NCBI GenBank assembly: GCA_038231135.1
Contig: JBBRLX010000019.1
Coordinates: forward strand, 1-64,000
Reading direction: 5' to 3'
Source of the DNA: Candidatus Eiseniibacteriota bacterium
GTDB lineage: Bacteria > Eisenbacteria > RBG-16-71-46
DNA length: 64,000 nucleotides
This document shows, one piece after another, positions 58,841 to 64,000 of the stretch. The position numbers were made by a program, and so were the translations under genes. Below the pieces are notes generated by a model that saw only the letters and a program-made list of their open reading frames with translations, made no database searches and was not told the DNA's origin. The first letter of the stretch is position 1, and each line of letters starts with the position of its first letter.

Positions 58841-60079
58841 ATGAACGCCCTCGACCCGCAACGCACGATCGCCGAGCTCAAGGAGCTCCGCGCGCTCACC
58901 GCCGACGACAACGGCGCTCAGCGCGTCGCGTTCACCCCGAAGTGGGTCGAGACTCGTGCGTGGCTAAGGCGCAGGCTGGCGGCACTCCCGGTCGAGACGC
59001 ACACCGATGCCGCCGGCAATCTGTGGAGCACGTTGAAGGGGCGTTCCGAGCAGGCCGTCCTGATCGGTGGCCACATGGACTCGGTGCCGAACGGCGGCTG
59101 GCTCGACGGCTGTCTCAACGTGCTCGCGGGTCTCGAAGTCCTGCGCCGCATCGACGCGCAGTACGAGCACGTGCCGCCGCTGACCGTGCGGCTCGTCGAC
59201 TGGGCGGACGAGGAAGGCGCACGGTTCGGGCGCAGCCTGTTCGGTTCGTCCGCCTGTTCCGGGACTCTCGATCTCGCAGAGGCACGCACGCTCGTCGACA
59301 AGGACGGCATCCGCCTCCCCGACGCGCTGCGCGAGGTCGGCGTCGAGTTCGAGCGCGTGAAGGACTGCGGCCGCGAACTGCAGCATGCGATTGCGTATCT
59401 CGAGCTCCACATCGAGCAGGGGCCGGTGCTGCTCGACCTCGACCTGCCGCTCGGCGTCGTCCTCGGCACCTACGGAGTCGAGCGCCACGCGATCAGCTTC
59501 CATGGCCAGGCCGCGCACTCGGGCAGCACGCCGATGAACCGCCGCAAGGACGCGTTCCTCGCCGCGGCCCGGATGAGCCCCGAGATCTACCGAATCACGG
59601 AGCAGCACGGCGGAGTCGGCACGATCGGCTCGTGCACGACCAGGCCCGGCATCGTCACGAGCGTGGTCGAGGACTGCCGCATCACGCTCGACCAGCGCCA
59701 TCTGGACGCGGCCGGGCTCGCGCGGCTGCTCGCGGATGCGCGCGCGGCGAGCGAACGGTTCGCGAAGGACGGTGGCGTCGACGTGGAGTGGAGCCGGCTC
59801 TGGAATATCGAACCGGTGCTGTTCGACCCGCGGCTGGTCGCGCTCTGCGAGGCGTCGATCCTCGAGACCTGCGGCACGGTGCACCGGCTGCCGTCCGGCC
59901 CGCTTCACGATGCGGCCGAGGTCGCGCGCGCCGGCGTGCCGACGGTGATGATGTTCGTCCAGAGCCTGCACGGCATCAGTCACAACAAGATCGAAGACAC
60001 CCGCGAGGAACATCTTGCACTGTGCGTGACGGCGTTCGACCGGCTGGCGGAGAAGACGCTCCAGTCGTTTGCGGGATAG
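58841..60079 (+). CDS. M20-family Zn-dependent amidohydrolase (N-carbamoylase/allantoate amidohydrolase-like)
   Basis: GHMDSVPNGG.LDG.L, DEEGARFG, YLELHIEQGPVL, SGPLHDA and GISHN..E motifs. Confidence 0.95.
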   Translation: MNALDPQRTIAELKELRALTADDNGAQRVAFTPKWVETRAWLRRRLAALPVETHTDAAGNLWSTLKGRSEQAVLIGGHMDSVPNGGWLDGCLNVLAGLEVLRRIDAQYEHVPPLTVRLVDWADEEGARFGRSLFGSSACSGTLDLAEARTLVDKDGIRLPDALREVGVEFERVKDCGRELQHAIAYLELHIEQGPVLLDLDLPLGVVLGTYGVERHAISFHGQAAHSGSTPMNRRKDAFLAAARMSPEIYRITEQHGGVGTIGSCTTRPGIVTSVVEDCRITLDQRHLDAAGLARLLADARAASERFAKDGGVDVEWSRLWNIEPVLFDPRLVALCEASILETCGTVHRLPSGPLHDAAEVARAGVPTVMMFVQSLHGISHNKIEDTREEHLALCVTAFDRLAEKTLQSFAG

Positions 60080-60321
60080 GCGGGGCGGCGCCCTCCAAAT
60101 GCCCGCGGTCTCCCGTGCCCTTCATCGCCGCTGGCTCGTGCCTTGCGGAAATACCGCTGGAATTATGGCTCCTCGTGGCCGGAGTGAACGATCGGCGATG
60201 GACGGAGCAGGCGGGCATGGTGGCGAGTCATGGGGGCGACTCCGATGAGCGTCTTCGCGAACCGCCGCGCGGTGAGCGGAACCCACGATGAATGGGCACG
60301 GGTCGGAGAAACACCTCGGGA

Positions 60322-60332
60322 TGCGGTAGATT
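60322..60332 (+). promoter_or_regulatory. Kinase-associated leaderless-type -10 module (orphan copy)
   Basis: TGCGG-TAGATT-N6-ATG(60339). CGGGATGCGGTAGA is identical to 61736-61749. Confidence 0.55.
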
Positions 60333-60338
60333 CATCGG

Positions 60339-60446
60339 ATGCATCCGACTTCCGGCACTCGCCTCGGCGCCTGTATGATCGGCGCCGTATCGGGCGGCGA
60401 ACTGCGTGCAGCGCGCCCGTTCGAGGACATTGACCCATGGCGGTGA
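60339..60446 (+). pseudogene. Vestigial kinase 5' end (35-aa mini-ORF overlapping the cbpA start)
   Basis: MHPTSGTRLGACMI... versus MPLNSGTRLGIYEI of the 61758 kinase. Similarity ends after ~10-14 codons. Confidence 0.6.
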
Positions 60447-61351
60447 AGTTCCGCGACTACTACGAGGTGCTCGGCGTGCCTCGAACGGCGACGGTCGACG
60501 AGATCCAGCGCGCCTATCGGCAGCTCGCGCGCAAGCATCACCCCGATCTCAAGACGGGAGCGGAGCGGAACGCGGCGACGGAGCATTTCAAGCACATCAA
60601 CGAAGCCTACGAGGTGCTCAAGGACGTCGAGAAGCGGGCCAAGTACGACGCGCTCGGGGAAGGCTGGCAGAACGGAGCCGATTTCAACCCGCCCCCGGGG
60701 TCCGAGTGGCGCACCGCCGCTCCGCAGGACTTCGAAGACATCGAGGGCTTCAGCGACTTCTTCTCTTCGCTGTTCGGAGGCGTCCACGGGAATGGCCGCG
60801 GCGCCCGGTCTCCGCGCGCCGGCGAGGAACTCGAAGCCGAATTGCCGGTCACGATCGATGACCTCGTCCACGGTCCCCGCCGCCGGATCACGCTGGGGGG
60901 TGGCCGCAGCCTCGAGGTCGCGATTCCGCTCGGCGCCCGCGACGGAACCATGCTGCGCCTCGCGGGGCAGGGGAGGCCGGGCCGGAATGGCGGACCGTCC
61001 GGCGACCTGTTCCTGCGGCTTCGACTCACGCCCGACCCGCGCTTCAGCGTCGAGGGCGACGACGTCGAAATGGCCCTGCCGCTCTGGCCATGGCAGGCGG
61101 TGCTCGGAGCGTCCGTGAGGGTCGAGACCCCGCACGGCGCCGTGACGCTCAAGGTTCCGGAGGGCACCCAGGCCGAACAGCGCCTGCGCCTGCGGGGTCG
61201 CGGGCTGCCGCACAAGGACGGGAGCCGGGGCGACCTTCACGCCGTCGTCGGCATTGTGATCCCCAAACACCCGAGCGACGCCGAGCGCGCCGGTTATGAG
61301 GCGCTCAAGGGCGCCGCAGCCGCACCCGCCGACCGTCCGGCGGAAGACTGA
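60437..61351 (+). CDS. cbpA: DnaJ-class co-chaperone / curved DNA-binding protein CbpA
   Basis: J-domain (DYYEVLGV...HPD...INEAYEVL), FSDFF..LFG and DnaJ C-domain, no zinc finger; followed by a CbpM-like gene. Confidence 0.9.
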   Translation: MAVKFRDYYEVLGVPRTATVDEIQRAYRQLARKHHPDLKTGAERNAATEHFKHINEAYEVLKDVEKRAKYDALGEGWQNGADFNPPPGSEWRTAAPQDFEDIEGFSDFFSSLFGGVHGNGRGARSPRAGEELEAELPVTIDDLVHGPRRRITLGGGRSLEVAIPLGARDGTMLRLAGQGRPGRNGGPSGDLFLRLRLTPDPRFSVEGDDVEMALPLWPWQAVLGASVRVETPHGAVTLKVPEGTQAEQRLRLRGRGLPHKDGSRGDLHAVVGIVIPKHPSDAERAGYEALKGAAAAPADRPAED

Positions 61352-61358
61352 GTCAGGC

Positions 61359-61676
61359 ATGAGCGAAACGCCTCGCACCGCGCTGCAGGTCGTGTTCACC
61401 GAGGTTTACCTGCCGGCCGAAACACGCTTGTCGCGGGAGGCGCTCGCGGCCGCGGCCGGCATCAGCGAGGAGAGTCTCGCGAGCCTCGTGCGACTGGGCC
61501 TGGTGGAGCCGGCCGCCCCGGAAGCCGCCGAATTCACTGTCGCGGCGGCCACGCGCCTGCGCCGGATGCTTCGACTCCATCGCGACCTCGGTGTCGATCT
61601 CGAGGCCGGCGCGATCATCGTCGATCTGCTGGAACGACTCGAGCGCCTCGAGCACGACATGGCTCGCCTGCGCTGA
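61359..61676 (+). CDS. cbpM: Chaperone modulator CbpM (MerR-like HTH)
   Basis: LVRLGLVEP...RLRRMLRLHRDLGVDL.AG..IVDLLER; adjacent to cbpA. Confidence 0.88.
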   Translation: MSETPRTALQVVFTEVYLPAETRLSREALAAAAGISEESLASLVRLGLVEPAAPEAAEFTVAAATRLRRMLRLHRDLGVDLEAGAIIVDLLERLERLEHDMARLR

Positions 61677-61740
61677 CCATATCTGCCGCCGGCGAGACCC
61701 GCACGGGCTTGCCGTCGCCATGCTCCAACGGCTCCCGGGA

Positions 61741-61751
61741 TGCGGTAGAGT
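61741..61751 (+). promoter_or_regulatory. Kinase-associated leaderless-type -10 module
   Basis: TGCGG-TAGAGT-N6-ATG(61758). Confidence 0.6.
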
Positions 61752-61757
61752 CACCAG

Positions 61758-64000
61758 ATGCCCCTGAATTCCGGCACGAGACTCGGCATCTACGAGATCA
61801 TCGCCCCCCTCGGCGCCGGAGGCATGGGCGAGGTGTATCGCGCGAAAGACACGCGCCTGCGCCGGGAGGTGGCGGTGAAGGTGCTCCCCGCGAGCGTCGC
61901 ATCGAACCCCGATTTCCTGGCCCGGTTCGAGCGCGAGGCGAGAACGGTGGCGGGACTCAATCACCCGAACATCGTCACCCTCTATTCCGTCGAAGATGAC
62001 GGCGGCATTCGCTTCCTCACGATGGAACTGGTCGAGGGCCGGACCCTCGACCAGCAGATCACAGCGGAGGGGTTGCCGTTGGCGTCCGTCCTCGGCCTCG
62101 CGATTCCGCTGGCGGACGCACTGGTGGCGGCGCATGGCCGCGGGGTCGTGCATCGCGATCTGAAACCCACGAACGTGATGGTGACCCGCGAGGGCCGGGT
62201 AAAGGTGCTGGACTTCGGACTGGCAAAGGTGTCGCCGCCCGCGTCCATGATCGAGGCGACGCAGGCGTCGACGATGACCTCCCCGATGTCGGCAGCGGGG
62301 GAGATGCTGGGGACGTTGCCCTACATGGCCCCGGAGCAGATCCGCGGCGAAGCGGCGGACGCGCGCACCGATCTGTTCGCGTTCGGCATCCTGTTGTACG
62401 AACTGGTTACCGGCCGCCGGCCGTTCCAGGGCGCGAGCCCCGCCGACGTGATCTCCTCGATCCTGCGCGACGCGCCGCCGTCGATACCGTCGCTTCGCGA
62501 TGACCCGCCACAAGACGTCGCGCGGATCATCGGCCGGTGTCTCGAGAAGGACCCGGAGCGCCGGCTGCAGACGGCGAAAGACCTGCGGAACGAGCTGGAG
62601 ATCGTCCAGCGCAGGCTGGAGGTACGCGCGTCGCAAGCGCCTCCGTTCGTGGCTTCGGCGAAGGACGCCGCCTCGATCGCGGTGCTGCCGTTCGCGAACC
62701 TCGGACGCGACAAAGACGACGACTACTTCGCCGACGGCATCACGGAGGACGTGATCGCGCAACTTTGCAAGGTGCGCACGCTCAAGGTGATCTCCCGCAC
62801 GTCCGTGATGCCGTTCAAGAAGCGCGACGAAAGCATCCAGGAGATCGCATCGAAGCTTCAGGTGGGGAACGTGCTCGAAGGCAGCGTCCGACGGATCGGC
62901 GATCGCGTGCGGATCGTGGCGCAGCTCATCGACGCCGAATCGGGCAGGCATCTCTGGGCCGAGACCTACGACCGGCAGCTCACGGATGTGTTCGCGATTC
63001 AGACGGACGTAGCGCTCCACATCTCGGCCGCGCTCAAGGCGGAACTGTCACCGGATGAACGAGAGCGCATGCACCGCGAGCCCACCCGCGACGTGCAGGC
63101 CTACGAGCTATACCTGCGCGGGCGGCAGCACCTCATCCATTACACCCGCGAGGACATGCTGCGCAGCATCGAGTATTTCGAGCGCGCCATCGGGCTGGAT
63201 CCCGGGTTCGCCCTGGCCTACGTGGGCCTCGCCATCGCATACACGGAGATGGAGGAGACCAGCGAGATGAGCCGCGCCGAGGCCGGCGGCCGGGCCACCG
63301 AGGCGGCGGCCAGCGCGGTGGCGCTCGACCCAGAGCTCGGGGATGCGCACTGCGCACGGGGGTACGCCCGGTTGTACTACGAGTACGACTGGGAGGGCGC
63401 GGAGGCGGACTTCAAGCGGGCCATCGAACTGAGCCCCAGCAGTGCCTACAGCTACGATCTCTATGGACGCATGTGCGCCGCGCTCGGGAGATTCGATGAG
63501 GCGATCGCGCTGCATGAACGCGCCTTCGAACTGGACCCGCTCTCCAACCTCGCGGACATCGCCACATCGCTGCTCCGTGCAGGGCGTAACGAGGAGGCCG
63601 CCCAGCGAGTCGGGCTCTCGATCAAGCTCGAACCCGGATTCCCGCGGCTTCACGCGACCCTCGGGTGGGCTCTGTTCAGGATGGGGCGAACGGCCGAAGG
63701 GCTCGCCGAGTTACAGCAGGCGGTCGTGCTCTCGCAGACCGGAGACATGTGGCTGTCACAGCTTGGCCAGGCCTGCGCCATGGCGGGCATGCCTGATCGG
63801 GCCCGGGAGATCCTACAGAAGTTGCTGGACCCGTCGCGACCTGCGCCCGCCTCGCCCTATGTGGTGGCGTACGTCTACACGGGCCTCGGCGACACGGAAC
63901 GCGCGATGGATTGCCTCGAGCGCGCGTTCGACGCCGGCAACGGCGCGCTGTTTGCCATCAAGGGCTCGTTTCTCCTGGCGCCGCTTCGCGACCATCCCCG
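61758..64000 (+). CDS. Ser/Thr kinase with TolB-N-like and TPR domains, 3'-partial (absent from the ORF track because it has no stop in the window)
   Basis: Hand translation: MPLNSGTRLGIYEIIAPLGAGGMGEVYR...HRDLKPTN...DFG...YMAPEQ...SIAVLPFANL...TPRs...LAPLRDHP at the edge, in the same frame. Confidence 0.92.
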   Translation, partial: MPLNSGTRLGIYEIIAPLGAGGMGEVYRAKDTRLRREVAVKVLPASVASNPDFLARFEREARTVAGLNHPNIVTLYSVEDDGGIRFLTMELVEGRTLDQQITAEGLPLASVLGLAIPLADALVAAHGRGVVHRDLKPTNVMVTREGRVKVLDFGLAKVSPPASMIEATQASTMTSPMSAAGEMLGTLPYMAPEQIRGEAADARTDLFAFGILLYELVTGRRPFQGASPADVISSILRDAPPSIPSLRDDPPQDVARIIGRCLEKDPERRLQTAKDLRNELEIVQRRLEVRASQAPPFVASAKDAASIAVLPFANLGRDKDDDYFADGITEDVIAQLCKVRTLKVISRTSVMPFKKRDESIQEIASKLQVGNVLEGSVRRIGDRVRIVAQLIDAESGRHLWAETYDRQLTDVFAIQTDVALHISAALKAELSPDERERMHREPTRDVQAYELYLRGRQHLIHYTREDMLRSIEYFERAIGLDPGFALAYVGLAIAYTEMEETSEMSRAEAGGRATEAAASAVALDPELGDAHCARGYARLYYEYDWEGAEADFKRAIELSPSSAYSYDLYGRMCAALGRFDEAIALHERAFELDPLSNLADIATSLLRAGRNEEAAQRVGLSIKLEPGFPRLHATLGWALFRMGRTAEGLAELQQAVVLSQTGDMWLSQLGQACAMAGMPDRAREILQKLLDPSRPAPASPYVVAYVYTGLGDTERAMDCLERAFDAGNGALFAIKGSFLLAPLRDHP

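Noticed and set aside
60335..60348. Palindrome TCGGATGCATCCGA as a cbpA operator
   Set aside because: It straddles the spacer and ATG of the kinase relic, so it is more simply explained as part of that sequence. A regulatory role is not excluded.

Overview
A 64-kb high-GC bacterial window. The mix of many secreted proteins with FlgD-Ig/T9SS-type C-terminal domains and many Hanks-type kinases suggests an FCB-group lineage such as Ca. Eisenbacteria; this is an inference and was not tested. The left edge holds the end of an IS5/IS1182-like element inserted at a CTAG inside a beta-propeller gene. From 7.5 to 33.6 kb, six secreted proteins share the same C-terminal sorting-type domain. One is a ~3,330-aa FN3/FG-GAP/LamG giant heading a three-gene operon, preceded by a perfect LacI-type palindrome. 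From 34.5 to 64 kb lies a dense Ser/Thr kinase cluster: five intact-looking genes (one running off the window), one frameshifted gene and two hidden relics, interspersed with stress and housekeeping genes. Five of the eight kinase loci, including both relics, start with the same module, TG-M-R-G-TAnnnT-N6-ATG, which looks like a leaderless promoter and suggests a promoter-plus-kinase-start unit under birth-and-death turnover. I saw no rRNA, tRNA, CRISPR array or reverse transcriptase.
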